Of a stretch of DNA of 64,000 nucleotides, positions 50,423 through 58,480 are shown in pieces. Location: assembly GCA_038280095.1 (NCBI GenBank), contig JAYPYG010000001.1:7392-71391 (forward strand), read 5' to 3'. The position numbers and the translations under genes are program-made. Numbering within the stretch: the first letter of the stretch is position 1; each line of letters begins with the position of its first letter. Source of the DNA: Fidelibacterota bacterium (GTDB taxonomy: Bacteria; Fidelibacterota; Marinisomatia; Marinisomatales; Marinisomataceae). The notes under the pieces are model-generated. The model saw only the letters and a program-made list of their open reading frames with translations. It did not search any database and was not told the DNA's origin.

Positions 50423-50593
50423 ATGAATAACAGAGTATCAAAAAAATTACGCAAAATCTTTAATCCGTCGAAAGACAACCCTCGAAGTGTTCGAGCGTAT
50501 CGCATAGCAAAGCGACAATACAACTCAATGGAAATTGGCGAACGCACCAAATTTCTCTCATCCCTCAACACAATCCAAAACTCAGCACGATAA
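50423..50593 (+). CDS. small basic hypothetical protein (56 aa)
   Basis: Encodes MNNRVSKKLRKIFNPSKDNPRSVRAYRIAKRQYNS... Not in the supplied track (<60 aa). It sits exactly at the leaderless distance from the promoter. Confidence 0.3.
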   Translation: MNNRVSKKLRKIFNPSKDNPRSVRAYRIAKRQYNSMEIGERTKFLSSLNTIQNSAR

Positions 50594-50597
50594 CAGC

Positions 50598-50897
50598 ATG
50601 TCCGAAGAAACAGAAAAAAAAGAAAGCAAGTGGGAACGCCGCGAACTTGGGGCGCTCTGGAGAAAACAGGGTGCAAACCAAAAGTACCTTTCGGGATTTA
50701 TTAAAATCGGCGACGAGCTTGAAGAAGTTCGCGTAGACATGATTGTCTTCGCCAACAAGCATAAACACAAAAACTCCAAAGCTCCAGATTTTGTAATTTA
50801 TGAATCAGAGGCTCCAAAGCGGCGGAGCACAAACAATGAAGAGTCAGAGCCTATAAATCAGGAAGATGACGGAACCTCAGAACTAATGGAAGACTGA
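50598..50897 (+). CDS. hypothetical protein, DUF736-like pattern (99 aa)
   Basis: ATG 50598. GALWRKQGANQKYLSGFIKIGD...VDMIVFANKHKHKNSKAPDFVIYES resembles DUF736 (G-x-l-w ... G-x-I ... N ... K-x-x-P-D-f-x-v). Confidence 0.3.
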   Translation: MSEETEKKESKWERRELGALWRKQGANQKYLSGFIKIGDELEEVRVDMIVFANKHKHKNSKAPDFVIYESEAPKRRSTNNEESEPINQEDDGTSELMED

Positions 50898-51244
50898 TGG
50901 AAATAGAACACGCCTTAGTAACAAGTTCTGCTTTGCCTGACCAAATTAGGGCGAGCGAAAACTTTGTCGAGTTAGACCAAGACCAACTTAGAGACTTAGT
51001 AGATTACTCTCGAACCATCGAGCCAAAGAGCAGCAAAGAAAAACTTATGGTTCTAGTTGTTGCTCATGGGACTCCTGAACAAGAAGCTGCCGAAAAAGCT
51101 CGCCTCGAAGAAGAGGAGAAAAGAAAGGCTGCTCTTGAAGAAGAGGAGCTCAAAAAAGAAGAGCAGAGAGAACAACAAGAGCGCGACCAAGCTCGTCGCC
51201 GAGCGCGCTCAAAGGAATTATTCAATGGACTCTACGGAAGATAA
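50897..51244 (+). CDS. hypothetical protein with an E/K-rich coiled-coil tail (115 aa)
   Basis: TGATG overlap. The C-terminal half reads EAAEKARLEEEEKRKAALEEEELKKEEQREQQERDQARRR. Confidence 0.4.
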   Translation: MEIEHALVTSSALPDQIRASENFVELDQDQLRDLVDYSRTIEPKSSKEKLMVLVVAHGTPEQEAAEKARLEEEEKRKAALEEEELKKEEQREQQERDQARRRARSKELFNGLYGR

Positions 51245-51264
51245 CGCAAAGCAAGCTCACAAAG

Positions 51265-51609
51265 ATGAATAGCGCAACAGAAACAAAAGTTCAGTACATC
51301 CTCAAAAAGTGTGCCGAAAAAGGCGTGAATGACCTTTTTGTCGAAGAAATGCTTGATAAGCAAGATGGTTTGGAGGATTTTGAGTACGTTGTAATTTACA
51401 ATCAGCGAGGTGACGTTGCCACAGTTAGCGAGGACACATCCCTTCTTGAGCCTGCTCGATATATTCCAAAATGGACAAAAGAAACGAAAGCTTGGGCAAA
51501 GGCAGAAGGCTTTTCTAAAGAACAAATCAAAAATCAAGACTTAATCAGAGAAGCGCCCCCCAAAGAAATCGCAAACTTTTTTGCAACACCTCCTCTCATC
51601 AGCGTGTAA
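51265..51609 (+). CDS. hypothetical protein (114 aa)
   Basis: ORF in the + strand array. Confidence 0.4.
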   Translation: MNSATETKVQYILKKCAEKGVNDLFVEEMLDKQDGLEDFEYVVIYNQRGDVATVSEDTSLLEPARYIPKWTKETKAWAKAEGFSKEQIKNQDLIREAPPKEIANFFATPPLISV

Positions 51610-51623
51610 TCAAGCGAAAGAAC

Positions 51624-51652
51624 TTGACTTTTCTTACTGTATAAGAAATAAT
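51624..51652 (+). promoter_or_regulatory. sigma70-type promoter (TTGACT-17-AATAAT)
   Basis: -35 at 51624-51629 and -10 at 51647-51652. ATG 51664 is 11 nt after the -10. Confidence 0.4.
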
Positions 51653-51663
51653 ATCCTCATTTA

Positions 51664-52041
51664 ATGAATGTAAAGGTTAAAAAAGAAACCCTTGGAGCAA
51701 AACTCCCAGAACGCAATAAAGATGGAGTGTGTTTCAATCTCTTTGCAAGAAGCTCGGCTTGGTCACCCTCCGACTTAATTGGCAAATATACGGAATACAG
51801 GACGGGAGTGTCCTTTAAAGTACCAAAAGGATATGTGGGAGTAGTGATTCCTCACGACGAAATACACAGGACTCATCACTTTCTTAGAAACTCACTTACA
51901 GTCATCGACCATACGAACAACAAAGAAGTCTCTCTCAGGTTTGCTCCAGACCCATCAAGAATGGCTTACAAGGTTGGAGATGTAATAGCGAAAATATTTT
52001 TCGTAAAAGCAGCGCCAGTTGAATTAGAAGAAATCAAATAA
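51664..52041 (+). CDS. dUTPase-fold protein with degenerate catalytic motifs
   Basis: 125 aa. It aligns by eye to trimeric Dut (LPERNKDGVCFNLFAR vs L-P-x-x-x-x-x-x-S-A-G-x-D-L; TVIDHTNNKEV vs G-x-I-D-x-x-Y-x-G-E; VGDVIAKIFFV vs G-x-R-I-A-Q). It lacks the P-R-S motif, the Tyr, and the C-terminal Gly-rich motif V. Confidence 0.45.
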   Translation: MNVKVKKETLGAKLPERNKDGVCFNLFARSSAWSPSDLIGKYTEYRTGVSFKVPKGYVGVVIPHDEIHRTHHFLRNSLTVIDHTNNKEVSLRFAPDPSRMAYKVGDVIAKIFFVKAAPVELEEIK

Positions 52042-52556
52042 TGCCCGAAAACAAACCCTCCCCCTTAAAAGAAGAAGCAATCCGAGCAAACGGAGAATTT
52101 CAAAAAATAGCAGAATCAAAAAAATACAAGGTTCGCTATCCCTCAAAGAAGGTTTCTGCGGAGCTGTACGTATCCTTATACTTGAAGGGTCAGGATGCAA
52201 GCACTAAGCTAGACCGTGAGGTAGCTGTAGACGTAAAGGCATTTAAGAAGCCCAAGGGAAGAAATAATGGTTGGGTTTGGATAGAGGTGAAAAATGTTCG
52301 CGGCCAAGACGGTTGGATAAACGGAGAGTCCAATTTTGTCGCTTTCGAGAGAGAGAAGGATTTTATCCTAATCCCGCGAACACAAGTCCTCCATTTAGTC
52401 AATTCAAAAGTTAGGTTCGACCTTGGACTTGTTAATTCTGCGCACCAAGCTAAATATAGAGTCTATCAACGCAAAGGTCGTCGCGACCAAATTGCTCAGG
52501 TGAAAATTTCAGATTTACTCAAACTCAACAACGTATCCATTTGGAAAAAACTATGA
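52041..52556 (+). CDS. hypothetical protein (171 aa), possible PD-(D/E)XK-like core
   Basis: TAATG overlap. VAVDVKAFKK...WVWIEVKNVRG could be a D ... E-x-K motif. Weak evidence. Confidence 0.3.
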   Translation: MPENKPSPLKEEAIRANGEFQKIAESKKYKVRYPSKKVSAELYVSLYLKGQDASTKLDREVAVDVKAFKKPKGRNNGWVWIEVKNVRGQDGWINGESNFVAFEREKDFILIPRTQVLHLVNSKVRFDLGLVNSAHQAKYRVYQRKGRRDQIAQVKISDLLKLNNVSIWKKL

Positions 52557-52738
52557 CAAATAAAGAAGTATATGTAGTAACGCGCCGAAATAGGCGGATT
52601 GAACCTAATAATTACGAAGCTGAAGAGGACGCTCGCTCAAGAGCAAATAGCCTTGCTTCGATGTTGAGAGTCTTTGACCCGAATGACCTTAACACCATTC
52701 GTATAGTCAAAACTCAATACCCAAACACGGTAACGTAA
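52553..52738 (+). CDS. hypothetical protein (61 aa)
   Basis: ATG 52553 forms an ATGA overlap with the upstream stop. Confidence 0.35.
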   Translation: MTNKEVYVVTRRNRRIEPNNYEAEEDARSRANSLASMLRVFDPNDLNTIRIVKTQYPNTVT

Positions 52739-52938
52739 TGAACGACGCAATAGACTATTCTCTCAACAAGTTCATGCCATTTGTGGCTCTGACGCTTGTT
52801 GTATTTTTAAGCTTTGGGGTTATGGCTTGGCAACCTTACTTAATTTTACTAATAGCAGGTTACGCCGCGAAATTCCACTTTGAGGAAGGCTATTCGGTAG
52901 CGTACTGCGAGGAGAATGACTTGCTGGACGATGACTGA
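52738..52938 (+). CDS. small two-helix membrane protein (66 aa)
   Basis: Hydrophobic stretches FMPFVALTLVVFLSFGVMAW and PYLILLIAGYAAKF. Confidence 0.4.
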   Translation: MNDAIDYSLNKFMPFVALTLVVFLSFGVMAWQPYLILLIAGYAAKFHFEEGYSVAYCEENDLLDDD

Positions 52939-53305
52939 TGCTGAGATAATAGCCGCTGTACTCTTTGTGGCATCAGTCTGTCTTGTGATGATAAACAAAG
53001 CGAGGCTTGACTCATTTCGAGCAGAAAAGAGAATATATCTTTCCCAAATAAAGAGTAGGGAGGTTTTATTGGGACACGCTCTCGAAAAACTAGCTCCATA
53101 TATCGACGGCTTAGGTGTAGACCCACGAACAGCTCAATTTTTAGGGCAACCCATAGACTTCATTTCGTTTGGCGAGGACGAAATCACCTTCATTGAAGTT
53201 AAAAGTGGCAAATCACAACTTTCAAAAAAACAGAGAAGAATCCGCGAGCTTGTTAAGGAAAAAAAAGTGAACTGGAAAGAGGTGAGGTTACCAAAATCTC
53301 ATTAA
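52931..53305 (+). CDS. membrane-anchored PD-(D/E)XK endonuclease related to archaeal Holliday-junction resolvases
   Basis: 124 aa from ATG 52931. N-terminal TM IIAAVLFVASVCLVMI. C-terminal GQPIDFISFGEDEITFIEVKSGKSQLSKKQ gives the D ... E-x-K core, the architecture described for Pfam Endonuc_Holl. Confidence 0.45.
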   Translation: MTDAEIIAAVLFVASVCLVMINKARLDSFRAEKRIYLSQIKSREVLLGHALEKLAPYIDGLGVDPRTAQFLGQPIDFISFGEDEITFIEVKSGKSQLSKKQRRIRELVKEKKVNWKEVRLPKSH

Positions 53306-53309
53306 CATT

Positions 53310-54122
53310 ATGACACTCATGGCAAGAACATCAAAAAAACAAACACCAAAAACAAGACAAAGAAAAACCCCGCGAAAAGCGGCGGTTAAGGAGTTAGATA
53401 TTAACGACATTGATATTCCGCAACTCAAGCAGACAATTACCATTCAAAGTAAAAAACTGGATGAAAAGCAATTGAGATTCCTCGAAAAATCCCTCCACGA
53501 GGACACAAACTTAATGTTTGTCGTTGGCCCCGCTGGAGCAGCAAAAACATACATGGCAGTTTATTCAGCTTTACGAATTTTAAGTAGTGACGACAATATG
53601 GACTTACTCTACATTAGAAGTCCAATTGAAGCATCGGAAAGAAGCTTAGGATTTTTGCCAGGAAATGTTGAAGAAAAGTTCGACCCTTACCTCTGGCCCC
53701 TTCAAGACAAATTAGACGAATTTCTTCCTAAAGAAAAGTCTGACCAATCGGAGCTTTTGAAAGCGGGGAGGATTACTGGTATGCCAAATTGCTTTTTGCG
53801 AGGAGCAGACTGGAAAAATAAAGTCGTTGTTTGCGACGAAGCTCAAAACTTCACCTACGAAGAATTAAAAACTTTAGTTACCAGAGTTGGTGAAAATTCT
53901 CGTTTATTTTTATGTGGGGATTTAATGCAATCTGACATTGGCAGAAAAAGTGGACTCAAGGAAGTTATGGGAGTATTCTCTGGCAAGAGATGGGCTAATA
54001 GCAGGAAATGCCATACATTCGAGTTTGATGTAAAGGATATTAAACGCTGTGAATTTGTCATGGAAGCGGTTCAAAGCTTCATAGACCACGAAATAGAAAG
54101 GGACAAAGTCAATGGACGCTAA
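53310..54122 (+). CDS. phoH: PhoH-like ATPase
   Basis: 270 aa. Walker A VVGPAGAAKTYMAV, Walker B VVVCDEAQNFTYEELKTLVTRVG, and a GDLMQSD block. Confidence 0.85.
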   Translation: MTLMARTSKKQTPKTRQRKTPRKAAVKELDINDIDIPQLKQTITIQSKKLDEKQLRFLEKSLHEDTNLMFVVGPAGAAKTYMAVYSALRILSSDDNMDLLYIRSPIEASERSLGFLPGNVEEKFDPYLWPLQDKLDEFLPKEKSDQSELLKAGRITGMPNCFLRGADWKNKVVVCDEAQNFTYEELKTLVTRVGENSRLFLCGDLMQSDIGRKSGLKEVMGVFSGKRWANSRKCHTFEFDVKDIKRCEFVMEAVQSFIDHEIERDKVNGR

Positions 54123-54375
54123 TCTTCCAACTAAGCTTATCGGCCAAGTGCTTCAAGCTCACATTAATAACAGAGAAGAACTCGTAAAAAAAATCAAGGA
54201 AGGAGCGGAAGGAAGCTTGACAACTGACACGTCTCATGAGATAATTCAACTCGAAGAATCGTTAGAAATTCTTGATTCAAAAATCGCAGCAATTGAGTAC
54301 ACTTATAACTACGTTGATTTAATGCTCAAAAAAGCCATCAAAGAAAAAGAAAAAGAAAAATTACAACCAGCATGA
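54112..54375 (+). CDS. hypothetical protein (87 aa)
   Basis: ORF overlapping the phoH 3' end by 11 nt. Confidence 0.4.
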   Translation: MDANLPTKLIGQVLQAHINNREELVKKIKEGAEGSLTTDTSHEIIQLEESLEILDSKIAAIEYTYNYVDLMLKKAIKEKEKEKLQPA

Positions 54376-54809
54376 CCGTAAAACAACAACTTCCCTACTT
54401 CGCAAACAAAGAAGAATCAGGACAAAGGATTCGACAAATATGCCCAAGGGCTACAGACCTTGAAGTATGTAAAATTAGAAACCTTGCAACAGAGCTATTT
54501 GCGTTGAAAGCGGTAAGGCACGACCCCTTTAAACTAAAGGGGACGAGTTTTAAGGGTATTGATGGGAATAGGCACGATGTGGCCTACGTCATAAATGCGA
54601 AAACGAAAAATAAGTACGAGGTAGACAAATACTCCTTTGACGAAATTATCGGCATGGATATTGGTCACGTTTTCCCTCGCAGCAAACAGCGAACCGTATT
54701 GGCTTACCTAATGCAGTTGAGCGAAATGGGCGATACACTCAACGAGTGTCAAGCGAACATTATAGCCAGCGACACAGCAATTTCAGCCCTAGATATGTTA
54801 AAACAATGA
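54372..54809 (+). CDS. hypothetical protein (145 aa)
   Basis: ATGA overlap with the upstream stop. Confidence 0.4.
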   Translation: MTVKQQLPYFANKEESGQRIRQICPRATDLEVCKIRNLATELFALKAVRHDPFKLKGTSFKGIDGNRHDVAYVINAKTKNKYEVDKYSFDEIIGMDIGHVFPRSKQRTVLAYLMQLSEMGDTLNECQANIIASDTAISALDMLKQ

Positions 54810-54985
54810 GTGCAGGAAAAGGCGATAAACCCAGAAACAATTCCTCTAAGAAATTTAGAGACAACTACGAGAAAATAAATTGGAATGCAAACAAGAACAC
54901 TGAAAAACGGCGAGTTCTCTTACAACGAGGAGAAGAACACATTCACAATAATAGACAAAGATGGGAACAAAGTAACACTGAGTAA
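54806..54985 (+). CDS. small protein with an MSAGKGDKPR N-terminus (59 aa)
   Basis: ATG 54806 (ATGA overlap). Its 3' 100 nt overlap the next ORF in another frame, so the true end is uncertain. Confidence 0.3.
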   Translation: MSAGKGDKPRNNSSKKFRDNYEKINWNANKNTEKRRVLLQRGEEHIHNNRQRWEQSNTE

Positions 54986-55184
54986 AGTTTACGCTTATGC
55001 TTTTCAGCGCTTCCTTGTGAGCATTTCTCAAAAATGGAAACCATTAACAAGAAAAACTCAAAAAGTGAATGCGAAAAAGCCAAACAAGGCTGAAGTAAAG
55101 GTTGAGGAAGACGACCCTCGCCAGCAATTTCTCAACTTTGACAATGCAGAAAGGGAGCTTTCAGAGTTAGGAATAAGTGAATAA
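54885..55184 (+). CDS. hypothetical protein (99 aa)
   Basis: ORF with plausible globular sequence (GEFSYNEEKNTFTIIDKDGNKVTLSKVYAYAFQRF). Confidence 0.35.
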   Translation: MQTRTLKNGEFSYNEEKNTFTIIDKDGNKVTLSKVYAYAFQRFLVSISQKWKPLTRKTQKVNAKKPNKAEVKVEEDDPRQQFLNFDNAERELSELGISE

Positions 55185-55363
55185 GAAATTTTACACAGGT
55201 GTTGGGTCAAGAGATTGTCCAGAAAGGTATTTTTTATTGCTTAAAAAATAACATCCACGGAGTAGCAGTTTACAATATTGGCATCGAGTCAGATATTGAG
55301 CGATTCGAAAACGAAGTAATCTTACCACTAAGCAAATAATTCAACACAAAATCAAATTCAAAA

Positions 55364-55534
55364 ATGACGACATTCCTAAAACTTCTTGACATGTGGAACG
55401 ATAACAAGTATATTGAACTCGGCTGCATAATCGAAGACGAAAACTGGAAGCCAGCGCGAGTTGCAGAATTTTGCAACTATATGGCCAAGAACGCTGGCAT
55501 ACAATCATTAGAGCAACTTTACAAATTTTTATGA
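55364..55534 (+). CDS. small hypothetical protein (56 aa)
   Basis: Encodes MTTFLKLLDMWNDNKYIELGCIIEDENWKPARVAEFCNYMAKNAG... It ends in an ATGA overlap with the next ORF and is below the track length cut-off. Confidence 0.3.
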   Translation: MTTFLKLLDMWNDNKYIELGCIIEDENWKPARVAEFCNYMAKNAGIQSLEQLYKFL

Positions 55535-55743
55535 ACGACGAAACGCTGACAGTAGGAGACATAAGAAAGCTTATTGATGGGGTTCCCGACGAAGCGATTA
55601 TTGGGTTCCCTGATTATTACAAAGGTGCGAGAATTTCTGGATACAAAAAAAGCAAGGCTTGGAGGTTCCCAAATCGGGAACTTCCTTCTGAAACAAAAGC
55701 AATAGTTATTACGAAACATGAACCAAATCCCAAAACCATTTAA
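55531..55743 (+). CDS. hypothetical protein (70 aa)
   Basis: I prefer ATG 55531 (ATGA overlap) over the track start 55471. Confidence 0.35.
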   Translation: MNDETLTVGDIRKLIDGVPDEAIIGFPDYYKGARISGYKKSKAWRFPNRELPSETKAIVITKHEPNPKTI

Positions 55744-55882
55744 TTTAACTGAATCCACGCTAACTGAACTCAAGAAAACACTCATTACTACAGACGGGAA
55801 AGGCAAGCGGGCTAAGGAAGCTGCTCTTATGGAAATCGTAAGGCGGGTTGTCGAAACCGCAGATGGCCGCAAAATTAATTGA
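55718..55882 (+). CDS. small hypothetical protein (54 aa)
   Basis: Encodes MNQIPKPFNLTESTLTELKKTLITTDGKGKRAKEAALMEIVRRVVETADGRKIN. I prefer it to the 123-aa antisense ORF 55519-55890. Confidence 0.25.
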   Translation: MNQIPKPFNLTESTLTELKKTLITTDGKGKRAKEAALMEIVRRVVETADGRKIN

Positions 55883-55907
55883 CAAACCACAATTAATACA
55901 ATAGTCT
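55879..55907 (+). promoter_or_regulatory. sigma70-type promoter (TTGACA-17-TAGTCT), leaderless geometry
   Basis: -35 at 55879-55884 and -10 at 55902-55907. ATG 55914 is 6 nt after the -10 (spacer ACAACC, identical to the one at 58475-58480). Confidence 0.5.
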
Positions 55908-55913
55908 ACAACC

Positions 55914-56216
55914 ATGAACTACCCAAAAGAACTGTTCAAAGTTACCAAAAAAGGTAAACTTCACAAATTCACATTCAAGCACGAGTTTGACCCTGTAAAC
56001 AAAGACTCAGCCTACAGCAACTTTTTTTATTACGAAAACAAAGAGTGCAACCTTGTGACACTGAATGTAGTCACAGACATTGGAAAAACATATTTTCTTA
56101 CCGCCGAAGAAGCAAGGGACGATAGGCTCCGCAAAAACGAGGTAGAAATAAAAGACCTGAAAGACAGAATAAAAAAACTTGAAAACTCTATTGCCGAAAT
56201 AAAGAAACTGCCATGA
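55914..56216 (+). CDS. hypothetical protein (100 aa)
   Basis: ORF with a C-terminal coiled-coil-like segment (EIKDLKDRIKKLENSIAEIKKL). Confidence 0.45.
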   Translation: MNYPKELFKVTKKGKLHKFTFKHEFDPVNKDSAYSNFFYYENKECNLVTLNVVTDIGKTYFLTAEEARDDRLRKNEVEIKDLKDRIKKLENSIAEIKKLP

Positions 56217-56710
56217 AGTTGGAAGAAATCAAAAATACTCGCGACAATTACTTCAAAACACTGGCGTACCTCGAAGCTCGCCTAGAGAAACTTGACAACG
56301 AAGCGTCAAAAGAAATATTTAAACACTTCTGCATCCCAGTTTTCGCTATCAGGTTTTACAACAACCACATCACCAATGGCGGCGCGTTCTCTCTCCGAGG
56401 GTTAGACGACCACATAAATCGTTATTTTTACTACACAAACAAGACTCGCGAATTAAAAATCTCCAAAGACGGCGAAAGGCTTCATGTCTACCGCCAAGAT
56501 TGCTCTGGAGAGCGTAGAGACTACGACGTAAATATGGATTTATTACTTGACGAGAAGAAATTCAATCACTATATTAGTGAGATAAGCAAAGAAATCAAAA
56601 AACAAAAAGAGGAAAACGCCGAAAATAAGCGCAAAGAAACCCTCGAAAAAATCAACAAAGAAAAACAGCTATACGCAGAACTTCACGCAAAATATGGCGC
56701 GCAAAATTAA
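56213..56710 (+). CDS. hypothetical protein (165 aa)
   Basis: ATGA overlap with the upstream stop. Confidence 0.45.
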   Translation: MKLEEIKNTRDNYFKTLAYLEARLEKLDNEASKEIFKHFCIPVFAIRFYNNHITNGGAFSLRGLDDHINRYFYYTNKTRELKISKDGERLHVYRQDCSGERRDYDVNMDLLLDEKKFNHYISEISKEIKKQKEENAENKRKETLEKINKEKQLYAELHAKYGAQN

Positions 56711-57122
56711 CATCACAAAACGAGCAGATGGAAAGTTCGACGAGGTTTCATTTGAGCTCCTCGGCAAAAACAACAAAACTCAAACAACAAAACTCAACAC
56801 CCCCCTCCTTAATAAGCAGAAAGTTTCCGACGAACAGCTTCAAAAGATAATTGCTGCATACAGGAGAATGGTTTCTCTTGTAAAAAGGGCTGCGTCACTA
56901 GACATCAACAAACAAAAACCAAGAATCAAAAGACTGGCAGACTTACACAGGGAAGCAGAGTTTGAATTACAAGAAGCGTGGAATTTTCCGCGAGACGCTC
57001 GATTTCATAAATATTGGTACAGATTTCCCCATTGCACTTGTCCCAAGTTGGACAATATAGATGCTTGGGGAACAGACCGAGCAGTAATCAACTCAAACTG
57101 CCCCATACACGGACAAGTATAA
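56694..57122 (+). CDS. hypothetical protein with a C-terminal Cys/His cluster (142 aa)
   Basis: FPHCTCPKLDN...NSNCPIHG suggests a small metal-binding site. Confidence 0.4.
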   Translation: MARKINITKRADGKFDEVSFELLGKNNKTQTTKLNTPLLNKQKVSDEQLQKIIAAYRRMVSLVKRAASLDINKQKPRIKRLADLHREAEFELQEAWNFPRDARFHKYWYRFPHCTCPKLDNIDAWGTDRAVINSNCPIHGQV

Positions 57123-57496
57123 TGAGTAGAGAAATTACAGACATCACAATTGCCAAAAAGTACATCAATAAAGCTAAAAACGCGAAAAAGGACAAGATTG
57201 AGTTTTCTCTTTCGCTTCTTCAATTTGCGGCTTTAATGAGGGAAACTAGGTGTGCGTACACAGGCATTGAACTAACCTACCAAAAAGACCACATTCCCCA
57301 GCCTACTGATATTACTATCGACAGGATAGATAATACCAAGGGATACGTAAAGGGAAATGTCGTGGCAACATGCTTTGCGGCAAATAACATCAAATCTTTT
57401 TGGGAAAACCCAAGCAAGCTCCTAACTTATGATGATGTCAAAAAAATGATTCGTAGGCTAGACAGAATTAAAGTGAAAAAATGTACGAAATCGTAA
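57122..57496 (+). CDS. HNH-like (beta-beta-alpha-Me) motif protein
   Basis: 124 aa from ATG 57122 (TAATG overlap). TIDRIDNTKGYVKGNVVATCFAANNIK follows the HNH spacing, but the first His is replaced by Arg. Confidence 0.3.
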   Translation: MSREITDITIAKKYINKAKNAKKDKIEFSLSLLQFAALMRETRCAYTGIELTYQKDHIPQPTDITIDRIDNTKGYVKGNVVATCFAANNIKSFWENPSKLLTYDDVKKMIRRLDRIKVKKCTKS

Positions 57497-57741
57497 AAAG
57501 CGGCGCAAATTGCCTTTTGTGTAAAAAAGAGTTCCTTGGCCTCGAACACGGCGACCCAAGAAGAGGCAAGCTCAAGTACAAGGTTATCAGCACAATAGGT
57601 ATTAGCTTTGAGCCAGACTGTCTAGGTAAAGCTACAGAAGTGAAGACGGGTACAGGTAAGACTTATCAATTCAAGGAATCGCCAGAGCAGTTCGAGCAAA
57701 AGGTTATCAACGCCATGAGAAAAGGTTCGCTCCAGTTATAA
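57481..57741 (+). CDS. hypothetical protein (86 aa)
   Basis: ORF overlapping the upstream gene by 16 nt. Confidence 0.4.
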   Translation: MYEIVKSGANCLLCKKEFLGLEHGDPRRGKLKYKVISTIGISFEPDCLGKATEVKTGTGKTYQFKESPEQFEQKVINAMRKGSLQL

Positions 57742-57828
57742 TAGAATTAGATATAGCCTTGCTATTCAAATGGAGGAAGCAAGAACCTCATCGTGGCGAC
57801 ATAATGCTATAAACTGTGTAACTCAAGC

Positions 57829-58068
57829 ATGAATATTATCAGATTAATTGTTCGCCGCCTTACAAGATGGGCGTGGGATGAAGTAAAAAACCCAAGCAAC
57901 GACAAAAAAGTTCTTAAATTTCTCGACAAATATTGTATGGGGTTCAAGGTCAAGAACGAAGCAGGTCAATATCGAGCGTACTATCGTTGCGACAACGGCA
58001 TATACGATGCAGTATTAACAGTAATAGAAGAAGACAGTGAATATCTTAAGGTTAAGAAAGAGGTATAG
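57829..58068 (+). CDS. hypothetical protein (79 aa)
   Basis: ORF in the + strand array. Confidence 0.4.
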   Translation: MNIIRLIVRRLTRWAWDEVKNPSNDKKVLKFLDKYCMGFKVKNEAGQYRAYYRCDNGIYDAVLTVIEEDSEYLKVKKEV

Positions 58069-58393
58069 AGTCAAAGAAGAAAATGGCCGCTTTTACCCAG
58101 AATTCAGAACATTTTTTATTTGGCACAGGTTCAAGTGGATTCATAAACTTGAATCATATACCATCTCATTCGACAACAATAAACATGCCGCGCATTTCGT
58201 CAACATGTGCAGAAGCGAGGGTCACGCAAAACACATAAAATGGATATATGAAATTCGCGAACAACTTGAAACAGCTTTTAAAATAGCAAATGAAAACAAC
58301 GACGAAAAACCCAAAACGATTAGCGAACAACTTGATTCTATTTTCCTAAAACTACTAAAAGTTAAAACCTTTAACGGAATGTTTTGCAAATGA
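58037..58393 (+). CDS. hypothetical protein (about 118 aa; GTG start uncertain)
   Basis: ORF overlapping the previous gene by 32 nt. No in-frame ATG lies near the 5' end. Confidence 0.35.
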   Translation: MNILRLRKRYRVKEENGRFYPEFRTFFIWHRFKWIHKLESYTISFDNNKHAAHFVNMCRSEGHAKHIKWIYEIREQLETAFKIANENNDEKPKTISEQLDSIFLKLLKVKTFNGMFCK

Positions 58394-58445
58394 GCGTAGA
58401 ATGGAAAAGAAACGTCGAAGTAATCGACGAAATTTGGAAACACGC

Positions 58446-58474
58446 TTGACAACATTGCGGCATTCTGCAATAAT
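58446..58474 (+). promoter_or_regulatory. sigma70-type promoter (TTGACA-17-AATAAT), leaderless geometry
   Basis: -35 at 58446-58451 and -10 at 58469-58474. ATG 58481 is 6 nt after the -10. Confidence 0.5.
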
Positions 58475-58480
58475 ACAACC

